Below are positions 41,241 through 50,516 of a stretch of 64,000 nucleotides of DNA, piece by piece. The notes beneath the pieces were generated by a model that searched no databases, had not been told where the DNA came from, and saw only the letters and a program-made list of their open reading frames with translations. The stretch lies in IMG/VR virus record IMGVR_UViG_2778261638_000005, positions 6,684 to 70,683 of that record; one strand, 5' to 3'. The stretch's first letter is position 1, and each line of letters opens with the position of its first letter. The position numbers were made by a program, and so were the translations under genes. This stretch comes from a virus. Taxonomy: Duplodnaviria > Heunggongvirae > Uroviricota > Caudoviricetes.

Positions 41241-42895
41241 TACCAGCCCCCTCGTTCAAACTGGTGATAATCATCAAAATCATCGTTATCAACATCATCA
41301 CCACGGTGGCGTGGTGGCAGCGCCTGTATGCTGTCCTCGTCGATAACAAAACCATTCATATAAGACGCTCTGACAGCCATACAGAGCGCCACGGCAAAGT
41401 CGCCATGTCGTCGGCCTTTACCGCCTTCATCTTTTGTGCGCCCCTTATCAATCTGCGGAATACCTTTGTCCACCTTGATATGAAGCAGGTCATCAAGTGT
41501 GGTCTGGTGCCGGGCAATCGTGATGTTCTGCGCTTCAAACTCGCCTTTCAGTTTTGGCATCCACTCCTGATACCAGGATGCGGTCAGATTCACACAGTCG
41601 ATCATCTCCGGGCCATAAATCAGACGGGCGGCTTCTGCCAGATAACCGCCGTTACCGGTGGCATCAAATGCAGCGCCGGTAAAACGGGGCAAACGGGACA
41701 GAATGAATAAAAGGATTTGTCGCTGCTGGTCATAGGTCACATTACGCAGCTCCACGCGGAAACATTCGCGTTTGCGTAAGTCAGGCGTGATGGCAAGTGG
41801 CACAAACACCGTCAGGTCGCCACGGCGTGCAAAGTCTTCGCCCAGTACGTGTTTATTGAGCGGCGACAGCGCATCGAGCAACGGGAGCAGCTCCTGTTCA
41901 CACCAGTCCTGAACGATGCCGTGGCGCATTTGTGGTGTCAGCGATTCAAAATCGTCCGGTGCTTCAAAACGCAGAATCGGGATATCCCGCGCTGGCGTCA
42001 TGGCGGCTTCAATCAGCACGCGTGACAGATAAGCGCCCCCGGATTTTTTAGGAATGCAGCCGTATTCCTCGTCGGCACTCTCTTTATTCGGCGCATTCCG
42101 GTACAGGCCATCACGCCAGGCTTTTTCCGCTTCCGGCGACCACGGCTGATTCGTGACGTAACAGATACGTCGGTACAACCCGTCAGCGATGGCATCATCC
42201 AGCGTGATGCGGTGAACGCTGTAATCCTTGCGCCCCTCGCGCGCATCCTGAATGTACTGATTAAACAGATTATCGACGCCGTTATGTGTCGATATGATCC
42301 GCACGCGGGCACCCCACATGGTGAGAGCAAAAGCCGCTTTCAGGAGTTCGTCCAGGGCTTCATGAAATGCCGCCTCATCAATCACCACGTCCCCCTGCAA
42401 ACCACGCAGGTTAGACGGACGGCTTGACAGCGCCTGCACCTTAAATCCGCTGTTAGGGAAACGGATCATATAAGTGAGGATTTCTTCTTTTTTGTCGCTG
42501 TCCCAGAAGGTCTGCTCCCATACGTCAGCCTTTGCCAGTTGGTTAAAGGCGCGGGCAAACAGGGCACAGGCGGCAATGTATTCCAGCGCCATTTCCTGAC
42601 GGGACCCCACATAAAAGACGTTGCGACCACCGCGACGCCTCGGCTTTGCGGCCGTCATGACATTGCGGCCCGCTTCGGCCCATGTCAGACCGGTACGACG
42701 GGATTTTTCAGCAATACAAATCTGGCTTTCATCCTCAAACCAGCGGCGCTGATAACCCAGAAAAACCGGTTCATTGCGAGGCTGTGCTTCCCCGATATCG
42801 GTAACGATATTCACGCCCAGCAGTTCGGCTTCCTCACGCAGGTCGATTTTTCGGGGGGCATGAAGGGCTTTAAGATTGTTTTCTCTGGTGTTCAT
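41240..42895 (-). CDS. Mu-type terminase large subunit (gp28-like)
   Basis: Track ORF extends to 43087 but probable start is MNTREN at 42895; about 551 aa. Confidence 0.8.
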   Translation of the reverse strand: MNTRENNLKALHAPRKIDLREEAELLGVNIVTDIGEAQPRNEPVFLGYQRRWFEDESQICIAEKSRRTGLTWAEAGRNVMTAAKPRRRGGRNVFYVGSRQEMALEYIAACALFARAFNQLAKADVWEQTFWDSDKKEEILTYMIRFPNSGFKVQALSSRPSNLRGLQGDVVIDEAAFHEALDELLKAAFALTMWGARVRIISTHNGVDNLFNQYIQDAREGRKDYSVHRITLDDAIADGLYRRICYVTNQPWSPEAEKAWRDGLYRNAPNKESADEEYGCIPKKSGGAYLSRVLIEAAMTPARDIPILRFEAPDDFESLTPQMRHGIVQDWCEQELLPLLDALSPLNKHVLGEDFARRGDLTVFVPLAITPDLRKRECFRVELRNVTYDQQRQILLFILSRLPRFTGAAFDATGNGGYLAEAARLIYGPEMIDCVNLTASWYQEWMPKLKGEFEAQNITIARHQTTLDDLLHIKVDKGIPQIDKGRTKDEGGKGRRHGDFAVALCMAVRASYMNGFVIDEDSIQALPPRHRGDDVDNDDFDDYHQFERGGW

Positions 42896-42902
42896 AACCC
42901 TC

Positions 42903-43493
42903 TCATGCCTTACCCAGCAGCACATCACGGATACGCTGCTCCAGCTCTTCGCTGATGCCATCCTGCCCGCGCAGTTCTTCACTGACGGCGTTTGCCGCTT
43001 CTTCTGCGAATGCCTGGCGGATTTCTTTCTCGCGCCGGTGGCTGGACATTGCCGTGGATTCCAGACGCTGTGCCGCCAGCATGGCATTTTTCAGCAGGTC
43101 AATATCCACGTCAGATTCCGGGTTTTCGATTTGCCGCATCATGGCCTTAAAAAGCTGGCTGCGGGCCATTTCCAGAATCAGCTTTGTGGTTTCTCCCATT
43201 GGCTTGTCACCAAGTTCTGCGGTCAGTGCTGACGTCATTTCACGCATCTGTCGCAGGTTATGGCCTACCTGCTCGACGTTCGTCGCGTAACGGTTCAGAC
43301 CGGAACGGGAGAGTTTCATCTCATCCGGCAGGCCAGCGTCTTCAATCAGTACGTTAATTTCTTCCAGAATGCGGGCCTGTGGGATCGCTTTATCACGCAG
43401 CATTTCATGCAGCGTTTTACGTACGTTTTCCGGCAGTAAATCCACTTTTGAAGCCCGGCCCCGTGTTTTCCTGTCCATCACGCCTCCTGTCAT
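42903..43493 (-). CDS. Mu gp27-like protein (putative terminase small subunit)
   Basis: 196 aa directly upstream of the large terminase. Confidence 0.6.
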   Translation of the reverse strand: MTGGVMDRKTRGRASKVDLLPENVRKTLHEMLRDKAIPQARILEEINVLIEDAGLPDEMKLSRSGLNRYATNVEQVGHNLRQMREMTSALTAELGDKPMGETTKLILEMARSQLFKAMMRQIENPESDVDIDLLKNAMLAAQRLESTAMSSHRREKEIRQAFAEEAANAVSEELRGQDGISEELEQRIRDVLLGKA

Positions 43494-43780
43494 GCACGGG
43501 GACGAGGACGCTTGACACCGGCAACGCGGGCACGACCTTCCGCCACATCCTGACCTCGGGAGGTCAGCGTTACGACATAAAAGCCGCGCAGGTTTTCCAC
43601 GGTGACCAGTTGCTGCTCTGCCAGCCAGTCAATCTGGCCGCGAACCACATCGCGGGAAACGTTGTGTCCGTATGCATCCAGACAGTCCTGAAGGATGGAT
43701 TCGTTTGCTTCGTTATTGCAGTCCATCAGGGAACGCAGGATGACCAGACGACGGTCTTCGGTCAGAATATCGTTAATCAT
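43490..43780 (-). CDS. Mu gp26-like protein
   Basis: 96 aa, conserved position. Confidence 0.45.
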   Translation of the reverse strand: MINDILTEDRRLVILRSLMDCNNEANESILQDCLDAYGHNVSRDVVRGQIDWLAEQQLVTVENLRGFYVVTLTSRGQDVAEGRARVAGVKRPRPRA

Positions 43781-44094
43781 GAATTACTCCGGTTTACTGC
43801 GTTTTCAAGCAGCAGCTCCAGTTGATGGGAAAATGACTGCACCCGCTGGGACAGCACCCGGATATCGCCGGACAGCTCTGCAATTCGCAGGCGCATTTCG
43901 TGTACATCTTCTGTGCCAGGGATGCTGGCGTAGCGGGTTTCCATTTCGGTCATCCGGTTTTCAAGACGCTCCACACGCTCAGTGCTGGCAAAACTACGAC
44001 GCATTGCCCAGACGGCCCCACCGGCCACAACAGGCAACAGGTAAGGCCATAACGCTAAAACTGAAATCAAATCCATTATTCTGCTCCACGGCAC
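43777..44094 (-). CDS. membrane/coiled-coil protein (lysis-region)
   Basis: 105 aa with N-terminal hydrophobic helix then coiled coil. Confidence 0.4.
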   Translation of the reverse strand: MPWSRIMDLISVLALWPYLLPVVAGGAVWAMRRSFASTERVERLENRMTEMETRYASIPGTEDVHEMRLRIAELSGDIRVLSQRVQSFSHQLELLLENAVNRSNS

Positions 44095-44270
44095 CAGTGG
44101 CAGTAGTTCGCCATCGGCTGCTGTCTCAGCACATCAGGCCGCAGCTCACGACCGCAACCGGCACACAATACAGGCGGGTCATACGCCGCCGGGCGGGGAA
44201 TATCACGGGTATCCCCCTGCCAGAGTTCAGCGAGCAGCAGCGCCACCGCCCGGTTCTGGTCTTCGTTCAT
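44076..44270 (-). CDS. small Cys-pair protein (lysis-region)
   Basis: 64 aa with CAGCG...CHWC. Confidence 0.4.
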   Translation of the reverse strand: MNEDQNRAVALLLAELWQGDTRDIPRPAAYDPPVLCAGCGRELRPDVLRQQPMANYCHWCRGAE

Positions 44271-44568
44271 AAATTTCTTTCCTTCGGGTCTCCTGTTCCC
44301 GGACTGATGCCTTGTCGCGGTTGCACTGCCCGAGCGCCATCAACAGGTCAGCATTCCAGAGAAGGGATGCTCCCCACGTCAGGGGCTGTGGCATGGGCGG
44401 AACGGGCGTTGCTTCCGTCAGTTCTGCATCAGTTTCGGGCAGGATCACCACCGATGGCACGGGTGCGTTTTTCGAGTTCCCGCAACCTGTCAGCAGCAAC
44501 GGCAGGCACAGGACGAGTGCTGCAATTGTCACCGGTAATGGCGGTTGTAATTTTTTGTTTTGCATCAT
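44227..44568 (-). CDS. o-spanin (outer-membrane lipoprotein)
   Basis: Probable start MMQNKK at 44568; signal peptide with lipobox LLLTGC; partly embedded in the i-spanin gene in another frame. Confidence 0.6.
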   Translation of the reverse strand: MMQNKKLQPPLPVTIAALVLCLPLLLTGCGNSKNAPVPSVVILPETDAELTEATPVPPMPQPLTWGASLLWNADLLMALGQCNRDKASVREQETRRKEIYERRPEPGGGAAAR

Positions 44569-44815
44569 GATGTTCTGTCTCGTCTGCCAGCCGCGCGGCA
44601 CGATTTGCGGCACGGATAGCGGAAAATACCTGCATCGTCTGTTCCTGACCGTGTAACAACCATTCAGCCGTGTTGCGGGCCTGTTGCTCCGTCTGTAATT
44701 CACGGCGCAGCGTCTGGTTATCGTGGCGGGTGCTGTCCAGCCTGTGCCACAACACCCCGGACAGAACGGCGGCAAACACGGCTGCCAGCAGTAAACTTTT
44801 ACTGGCGAAGGTCAT
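44429..44815 (-). CDS. i-spanin (inner-membrane spanin subunit)
   Basis: 128 aa, N-terminal transmembrane helix and coiled-coil periplasmic domain; overlaps o-spanin and endolysin. Confidence 0.6.
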   Translation of the reverse strand: MTFASKSLLLAAVFAAVLSGVLWHRLDSTRHDNQTLRRELQTEQQARNTAEWLLHGQEQTMQVFSAIRAANRAARLADETEHHDAKQKITTAITGDNCSTRPVPAVAADRLRELEKRTRAIGGDPARN

Positions 44816-45317
44816 CCGCCCCCCTGATATTCCAGATAGCCATTTCCACTTCGCGACGGTTCATCAGTCCTTTCCATTTATGGCCTGCGGCAAACACCCA
44901 GCGGGCCATCTGGTCACGCGCTCCGGCGTAATCACCGGCATTGAGTTTTTTCAGCAGCGTTGATTTACTGAATGCGGTAACACCGGTGTTGAAAATAAAC
45001 GTTGCCAGCGCCGTTTTCTGATATGGCGTCAGCGGCACCCTGACAAGACGATCGATTGCCGCATAAACCGGTTTTAAATCACTGTCGAGAAGAGCCATAC
45101 ACTCCGCATGGCTGTAACGGCGCATTTCGATATCCGGCCCGGTATGTCCCACACAGACCGTAAGCACACCGGCAATATCGCGGTAAGGCATATAAGCGAT
45201 ATTTTCCAGATGGATCAGAGACTGACGGGTCATTTCCTGATAACCACCCACACCGCCACCGGCAATCGTTGCCGCCAGCAGTGCGGCTTTCAGTTTTTTT
45301 GGTATCCCCGCCATCAT
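44799..45317 (-). CDS. SAR endolysin, T4-lysozyme-like (Mu lys position)
   Basis: 172 aa; N-terminal signal-anchor-release type hydrophobic segment (LKAALLAATIAGGGVGG) followed by lysozyme-like domain; downstream of C. Confidence 0.75.
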   Translation of the reverse strand: MMAGIPKKLKAALLAATIAGGGVGGYQEMTRQSLIHLENIAYMPYRDIAGVLTVCVGHTGPDIEMRRYSHAECMALLDSDLKPVYAAIDRLVRVPLTPYQKTALATFIFNTGVTAFSKSTLLKKLNAGDYAGARDQMARWVFAAGHKWKGLMNRREVEMAIWNIRGADDLRQ

Positions 45318-45408
45318 GCTTCCCTGAAAAAATGCGCTGATGGCAGTCTAAAAAATCAGATGGCAGGTGCGGGATTATGGTGACAGGAAATAACCGGCAG
45401 GATGCCGG

Positions 45409-45831
45409 TTATTTTGGGCTTTCAGGTGAGAACAGATCAGGCTGATGACGTCGTGTATGCAGCTTTCTCTGGCGGGCAATAATCTGGTAGATCTGCGGCT
45501 GGGACAGGCGGTACTGGCGACGCAGTTCTTCCATGTTACGACCATTAAACTGGCAGTAAAGCAAATCGTCACGTAACGCGGTCAGGATCGTATCGCCGCA
45601 GGGGATGTAAAACTGCCGTCCGCCCAGAAAACAGGACAGGGCAACGGCCTGTTTACGGGCAAGCTCACGGGGATTGCTGACGTTCTGGCGTTTCAGTTCG
45701 TTTTCCAGAACATCAATCAGATCAACCACCGAACGGGGCCAGCGTGATTCCAGTTCCGGGGCCGGGATGTTATCAATATGTCCGATTAACTGGCGAATTG
45801 CCGGATCGTGTTCAAATAAATCATGCTGCAT
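45409..45831 (-). CDS. late transcription activator C (Mor/C family)
   Basis: 140 aa; paralogue of mor product at 46810-47199 with shared C-terminal HTH pattern (FNGRN...ELRRQY). Confidence 0.8.
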   Translation of the reverse strand: MQHDLFEHDPAIRQLIGHIDNIPAPELESRWPRSVVDLIDVLENELKRQNVSNPRELARKQAVALSCFLGGRQFYIPCGDTILTALRDDLLYCQFNGRNMEELRRQYRLSQPQIYQIIARQRKLHTRRHQPDLFSPESPK

Positions 45832-45843
45832 ATTTTCCCCCGG

Positions 45844-45963
45844 TTAACAGACAGAAAGATACACCACGGCACTGATGGTTATCAGAACCACAAGGGCAAT
45901 CACTTTTATCGCACTCATCAGCGTGGACGGCCCGAAACATTCATCACTGAATTTTCTGTACAT
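45844..45963 (-). CDS. small single-pass membrane peptide (not in ORF track)
   Basis: 39 aa MYRKFSDECFGPSTLMSAIKVIALVVLITISAVVYLSVC; sits between 76-aa gene and C. Confidence 0.35.
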   Translation of the reverse strand: MYRKFSDECFGPSTLMSAIKVIALVVLITISAVVYLSVC

Positions 45964-46174
45964 GGTATTTTTCTCTGTAGCGCCGGCAATGGTGGATAAT
46001 TTCTGGCATATCAACGGACTGCCAGCCTTTCATGTAATAGCTCCCGTGGGTGCCATCGTGCCCTGTGTAATCCATTGGCTTTGGTGGCGGGCCTCCGGCC
46101 TCCCGATGTAATACCTCCTGTTGTAAACGTTCGCGCCTGCCGAACTGAAAGGACGCATCCCACCCTTTACCCAT
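45944..46174 (-). CDS. hypothetical small protein
   Basis: Probable start MGKGWD at 46174, ATG overlapping upstream stop (ATGGGTAA). Confidence 0.4.
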   Translation of the reverse strand: MGKGWDASFQFGRRERLQQEVLHREAGGPPPKPMDYTGHDGTHGSYYMKGWQSVDMPEIIHHCRRYREKYHVQKIQ

Positions 46175-46727
46175 GCAGAACCTCCCGACAGGCGCTGGCG
46201 AGCAGATCCAGACGGTTAAACCAGCCATTCAGATATTTCCCCTGCGAGGCACTGGATTTGATAATCCCTGCGTAATAGCGGGAACGACGCAGGAAGCACT
46301 GCAACAGCAGCCAGTCAGTATCGGCACGCAGAACGGCTGCGCGTGTGTTTTTACCGACGATGCCATCATCATCAACACCTGCTGCCGCCTGGAGGATCTG
46401 AATCGCGCGTTTAACACCGAGCTGAACGGCAGCATCAAAAACGAATAAGGAAACGCCATCAGGCCATTCGTTACACTTTGCCGCCAGCCAGTAATCACGC
46501 CAGTAGATCTGCGCCGCCTGCTCGCGGGTTAAATCCTTAATGCGGGTATCAGGTTTTCCGTCACCGTTAACATCGGTTTTGCCATCAATAACGCCGTCGC
46601 GACGGTCAGAGATACCGTATTTCGTTTCGCCGCCACGGTCAGTGGGATCATCAACATATCCACCTTCAACATCAGGTCGTATAACGAAATTCAGCGAATG
46701 AAGGAATGCAGGGGAAAACTCAGGCAT
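46167..46727 (-). CDS. GH108-type muramidase with peptidoglycan-binding domain
   Basis: 186 aa; GYVDDPTDRGGETKYGIS motif characteristic of glycoside hydrolase family 108; C-terminal PG-binding-like region. Confidence 0.65.
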   Translation of the reverse strand: MPEFSPAFLHSLNFVIRPDVEGGYVDDPTDRGGETKYGISDRRDGVIDGKTDVNGDGKPDTRIKDLTREQAAQIYWRDYWLAAKCNEWPDGVSLFVFDAAVQLGVKRAIQILQAAAGVDDDGIVGKNTRAAVLRADTDWLLLQCFLRRSRYYAGIIKSSASQGKYLNGWFNRLDLLASACREVLHG

Positions 46728-46809
46728 GTTGCCCTCCAGTCATGAACGTTTTGTCGTCACAACAGAATATTGAGGGCGTAAAAAAAGCCGGATTAACCGG
46801 CTTTACTGT

Positions 46810-47199
46810 TTACAGAAGTGAAGGCTGGTACTGGCGGTATTTCAGCCGTCGCATCCGGCGAATGGCCTTGTAAACCGTATTGAAAGTGACACCATAACGG
46901 GTGGTCAGTTCGCTGACGTTGCGACCGTTAAAATCATTCCAGATACGCAAATCCCGAATCAGCGAGTCCAGAACCTGACCGCGCGGAATGTAGACCTGAC
47001 CGCCCCCCAGATGCTTACAGATAGCCACAACAATCTCCAGTGAATGAGCAGGATCAACACCCAGCCGGGACAATTCCCCGCGCAGTAAATCGTTCAGCTC
47101 CGCCAGCAGTGCCGGAAAGCGTGACGTATCCTCTGCGGGATTGTCAAGATGTGCCAGGATGGTGTCATCCTGCAAATCACCAAATAAATCTTCCGTCAT
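46810..47199 (-). CDS. mor: middle operon regulator Mor
   Basis: 129 aa Mor/C family; upstream of C and lysis genes. Confidence 0.8.
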   Translation of the reverse strand: MTEDLFGDLQDDTILAHLDNPAEDTSRFPALLAELNDLLRGELSRLGVDPAHSLEIVVAICKHLGGGQVYIPRGQVLDSLIRDLRIWNDFNGRNVSELTTRYGVTFNTVYKAIRRMRRLKYRQYQPSLL

Positions 47200-47747
47200 T
47201 GTGCCATCCTCCGCGTCTTTCTGGCATGGGCATAAGCCGCCGTCATGGCATCATAGCCGCGCAGTTCACGACCGGACGGACTGACCGGCAATGGAAGCCC
47301 GTGACGGGAAAAGGCTTCACGAATACAGCGGATGTGCCACTGCTTGAGTGTTTCGAGGACTGTCAGCAGCGTGTCGCCATGACACCACGCCAGTGTGGAA
47401 ACGCCCTGTCCGCCGTTGCGTTTCGCGGTCAGGCGTTGAACATATCTGTCCAGCGCCACATCACCGCCATCGGTAATAAAACCGTCTTCTGCCATCTGCT
47501 GCCAGATTTTATACACCTTCTCGCGGGGTGTGACATGCCCCTTAAACCGACGGCGTGGGTGTTTATTCTGCTTCTTAAAGCCGCGTTCTTTCATGGCATC
47601 GAGCACCTGTTTCAGTTGCGTAACCGTAAGCTCGCGGCAACTGATTTTGCCCGTTTTCTGCATCAGAAAAGCGCGGTAAGTGTCGTCGTCGAGTTGTAGA
47701 TCACGACGGGCGACATGAATTAATTTAATCAGGGATGTGCGACTCAT
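47196..47747 (-). CDS. Mu gp16-like protein (DUF1018-type)
   Basis: Probable start MSRTSLIKLIHVARRDL at 47747 with GGAGG RBS; track ORF extends further upstream. Confidence 0.65.
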   Translation of the reverse strand: MSRTSLIKLIHVARRDLQLDDDTYRAFLMQKTGKISCRELTVTQLKQVLDAMKERGFKKQNKHPRRRFKGHVTPREKVYKIWQQMAEDGFITDGGDVALDRYVQRLTAKRNGGQGVSTLAWCHGDTLLTVLETLKQWHIRCIREAFSRHGLPLPVSPSGRELRGYDAMTAAYAHARKTRRMAQ

Positions 47748-47820
47748 GATCGTACCTCCGGAAAGGGGGCGGTGCTGCAACACCGCCTGTACTATTGATA
47801 ACACTGAAAATGGAGACAAC

Positions 47821-48060
47821 ATGTCTGTAGAAAACAATGCGTCAATCACTTTTAACCTGGTTTCAGGTCTGATGGTGAAACTTGTTCGTAACAAGATTCT
47901 GACAAAGTGGGAAGCTCAATCCATACTGGCCTCTGCAATTCTTGAAAACGTTCAGAACCAGGAGGGGGTTACTGATTCGGATCTTGATGCACTTCGTCTG
48001 AAACTTGCTATGTCGGATTTCAGCGTTGAAAAAGAGCCTCCACAAGACGATCAGGCGTAA
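47821..48060 (+). CDS. hypothetical protein, opposite-strand gene inside Mu early region
   Basis: 79 aa from ATG 47821 with GGAG RBS 5 nt upstream; fills the only gap in the minus-strand early gene array. Confidence 0.4.
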   Translation: MSVENNASITFNLVSGLMVKLVRNKILTKWEAQSILASAILENVQNQEGVTDSDLDALRLKLAMSDFSVEKEPPQDDQA

Positions 48061-48316
48061 TCACGTCTGATGGTTTAAGTCCCAGCCTGCGGCGAATAAA
48101 TGCGTCGCGGGCTTTTTTGTTATCCAGTGAAACTTCATCTGCAATAATATTAATTTCATGCTGGATAATATTCACAGTAACACGAGCAGAAAGCCCTTCA
48201 CGGATAGCAATATCAATAATATCGCGCATACGCTCAAGCATTTTAGCTTTCACCAGTTCTTCATCCAGGTCTTTAGGCGTAAATTTAGTTTCATTATTCA
48301 TATTATTCACCTTCAC
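48020..48316 (-). CDS. hypothetical early protein
   Basis: 98 aa ORF. Confidence 0.45.
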   Translation of the reverse strand: MKVNNMNNETKFTPKDLDEELVKAKMLERMRDIIDIAIREGLSARVTVNIIQHEINIIADEVSLDNKKARDAFIRRRLGLKPSDVITPDRLVEALFQR

Positions 48317-48485
48317 AATTCATGCACGCCGTGTCATCGCCCATATCGCAGTGGTTGCATTTCAGCCCGCCACAATGAGGGCACTCTTTCAGATATTCAG
48401 GGGCTTCATTACCGCAGGTCGGACATGCCTGTTTCACCGTGGTAAATTTCCCCAGCCACGAATACGATGTTTCATTGTTTTCCAT
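48303..48485 (-). CDS. small zinc-ribbon protein
   Basis: 60 aa with CPTCG...CPHCG...CNHC...CMNC. Confidence 0.45.
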   Translation of the reverse strand: MENNETSYSWLGKFTTVKQACPTCGNEAPEYLKECPHCGGLKCNHCDMGDDTACMNCEGE

Positions 48486-49023
48486 TGTTTACCCCCGCCT
48501 GTTCCAGTGCCATAACTGGTGCGTCAGAACAGTCAAGAATGAGATAGCGCAGTACATGGTCGGTGATATTCCATGCGTTTGAGCTGCAAATAAAACGCCC
48601 TGGCCGGATATCAATATAAGCCATCACAAAACGGGGCATTCCCTGTTCGCACATCCTGTTATCCACTTCTGCAACGATGTGAACGGATTCACAGGTCAGC
48701 ACGCCCGTTGCAAACTCTTTTGCCAGCGCGGGGATGGTATTACCTTCCACCCAGGGTAATGAGCGACGCCAGTTGCACCACACCGCATCATCAACAGCAG
48801 GCTGCTCAGTTGCGTTTCGTCTTACAGGCGGCGTCGGACGTGGGCGCGGAACGTCATAAAATCCGTTGCATTCGGTGAGAACACCGGCATCAACCGCATC
48901 ACGCAGGAAATACACCATTGACGAGGGCAGCATATTCATTTTTTCAGCCAGAACCCCGCAGGTCAGACGCCCGTAAGCCCGTAATAATGTGCTGACACCA
49001 TTCAGAACTTTTGCATCAATCAC
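48472..49023 (-). CDS. hypothetical early protein
   Basis: 183 aa ORF. Confidence 0.45.
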   Translation of the reverse strand: MIDAKVLNGVSTLLRAYGRLTCGVLAEKMNMLPSSMVYFLRDAVDAGVLTECNGFYDVPRPRPTPPVRRNATEQPAVDDAVWCNWRRSLPWVEGNTIPALAKEFATGVLTCESVHIVAEVDNRMCEQGMPRFVMAYIDIRPGRFICSSNAWNITDHVLRYLILDCSDAPVMALEQAGVNNGKQ

Positions 49024-49026
49024 CGG

Positions 49027-49581
49027 TTATTCCTCCGTCAGCGCCACAAATTCAGAATGTTTAATGCGCTGGCATTCGGCGGGAACCGGTCCCTTCACTT
49101 CGCCAGCCAGAAGGTACACCGCAAACAAAATGCTGAATCCGTCACGGCTGTGGTGCATTTTCCACACGGACCTGATGTCAAACAGGTCAACGTCGGTAGC
49201 CACGTTAAGTTCATTGCACAGCCAGCGCGGAAAATCCGGGTTTTTTTCGAGCTGATTTTCACAGTCCCGGATGAGCTTCCCGTACTCACGGCCTGCCGGT
49301 ATTGTCATATCCGGCATTGCGCCCCATAACTGAATATCACCAATGAAAAGTGTCCTTGATTTAATCTCCCATCCTTCCGGTGGTAAGTAGCTAAACCAGA
49401 CATGCGTAACCCTCTCAGGCCCTTTGTCACCAGACAAAGACACACCGATTGCTTTCACTGATTGCTGTAATGACTCAATAATCTCACCACGCTTAACAGA
49501 AACCTCTTTCAGCCAGCGAATCGTATAACCGTTAGCGGCTGTGTCACTCAGTTTAAAATAAGCACATGCTTTCATTTTCAT
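49027..49581 (-). CDS. hypothetical early protein
   Basis: 184 aa ORF. Confidence 0.45.
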   Translation of the reverse strand: MKMKACAYFKLSDTAANGYTIRWLKEVSVKRGEIIESLQQSVKAIGVSLSGDKGPERVTHVWFSYLPPEGWEIKSRTLFIGDIQLWGAMPDMTIPAGREYGKLIRDCENQLEKNPDFPRWLCNELNVATDVDLFDIRSVWKMHHSRDGFSILFAVYLLAGEVKGPVPAECQRIKHSEFVALTEE

Positions 49582-49672
49582 TCTCTCCGGTTCTGATTAA
49601 GGCGCGAGTAGTCCTCTGACGCATCGCGCCATAATTAAACGAATGTGAATTAATTAAATATTAATGGTGGTA

Positions 49673-50197
49673 TTAAATACCGGCTTCCTGTTCAAACGGA
49701 ATAATGGAAAAATCTTCAATTCCCGATTTAACCGTAATTCCGGCAACACCTGCGACGGCTTTTGGTTCCAGTAAAATCGCCTCCTTGTTGATTTCCTGCT
49801 TCGTGCGAATAAAGCGTTGCAGGCCAAGACGCTCCAGCGTTTCCATCACTGCATCCATACCACGAATACTTACTGATGGTGGACGGACCCGCCACGATAC
49901 ATCACCGGTGACAAGATTCGCCGTCTTCACTTTGCCGCCGTTCGTCAGTTCGTCGCGGTTCGCTTCACACCATCCCTGAACGCCTTTTGAAAGGGTTTCA
50001 ATATCGGTTTTAATCGGTGCAATTCGGGCCGCAAATTTCTCCGTAATTTCCGCGATGGCATCATTCATTTCCGTTTCCAGACGTGATGCTTCGCGCTGTA
50101 AATCCCCGATGCGTTTAATATCGGTAATCACCGCATCGCGGTTTTGTGGCACATAAGCCGCTGCGGCACTCTTGATACGTTTTGCTGGTTTAGCCAT
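49673..50197 (-). CDS. gam: Gam, Ku-like DNA-end-binding host-nuclease inhibitor
   Basis: 174 aa; N-terminus MAKPAKRIKSAAAAYVPQNRDAV matches Mu Gam as recalled. Confidence 0.8.
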   Translation of the reverse strand: MAKPAKRIKSAAAAYVPQNRDAVITDIKRIGDLQREASRLETEMNDAIAEITEKFAARIAPIKTDIETLSKGVQGWCEANRDELTNGGKVKTANLVTGDVSWRVRPPSVSIRGMDAVMETLERLGLQRFIRTKQEINKEAILLEPKAVAGVAGITVKSGIEDFSIIPFEQEAGI

Positions 50198-50216
50198 AAA
50201 TTAAAGCTCCTGTTAA

Positions 50217-50516
50217 TTAATATCCGCTGTATACAATGCTGGATACAGCTCGATTGCTTAATTCCATCTTTCGGGCAATGACATGAATATCCAGTCCTTC
50301 TTTATAAAGTTCACGACATAAATATTTGTCGTGTTCACTGATTCGGTATACACACAATGATATTCCGTGCCTTCTGGCATGTGCCCGGAGGGCGGTTGTG
50401 GCGACTTTCAGTTTTTCCGCCATTTCTTCAACGGTCATTTTCCCGACGTTGGCTTCGATAAATTCCCGGTCTTCGCGTGACCAGCGCTTACGATTATACT
50501 TCATGTCAGCCACCAT
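50217..50516 (-). CDS. putative DNA-binding early protein
   Basis: 99 aa, HTH-like MTVEEMAEKLKVATTALRAHARRHG. Confidence 0.4.
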   Translation of the reverse strand: MVADMKYNRKRWSREDREFIEANVGKMTVEEMAEKLKVATTALRAHARRHGISLCVYRISEHDKYLCRELYKEGLDIHVIARKMELSNRAVSSIVYSGY

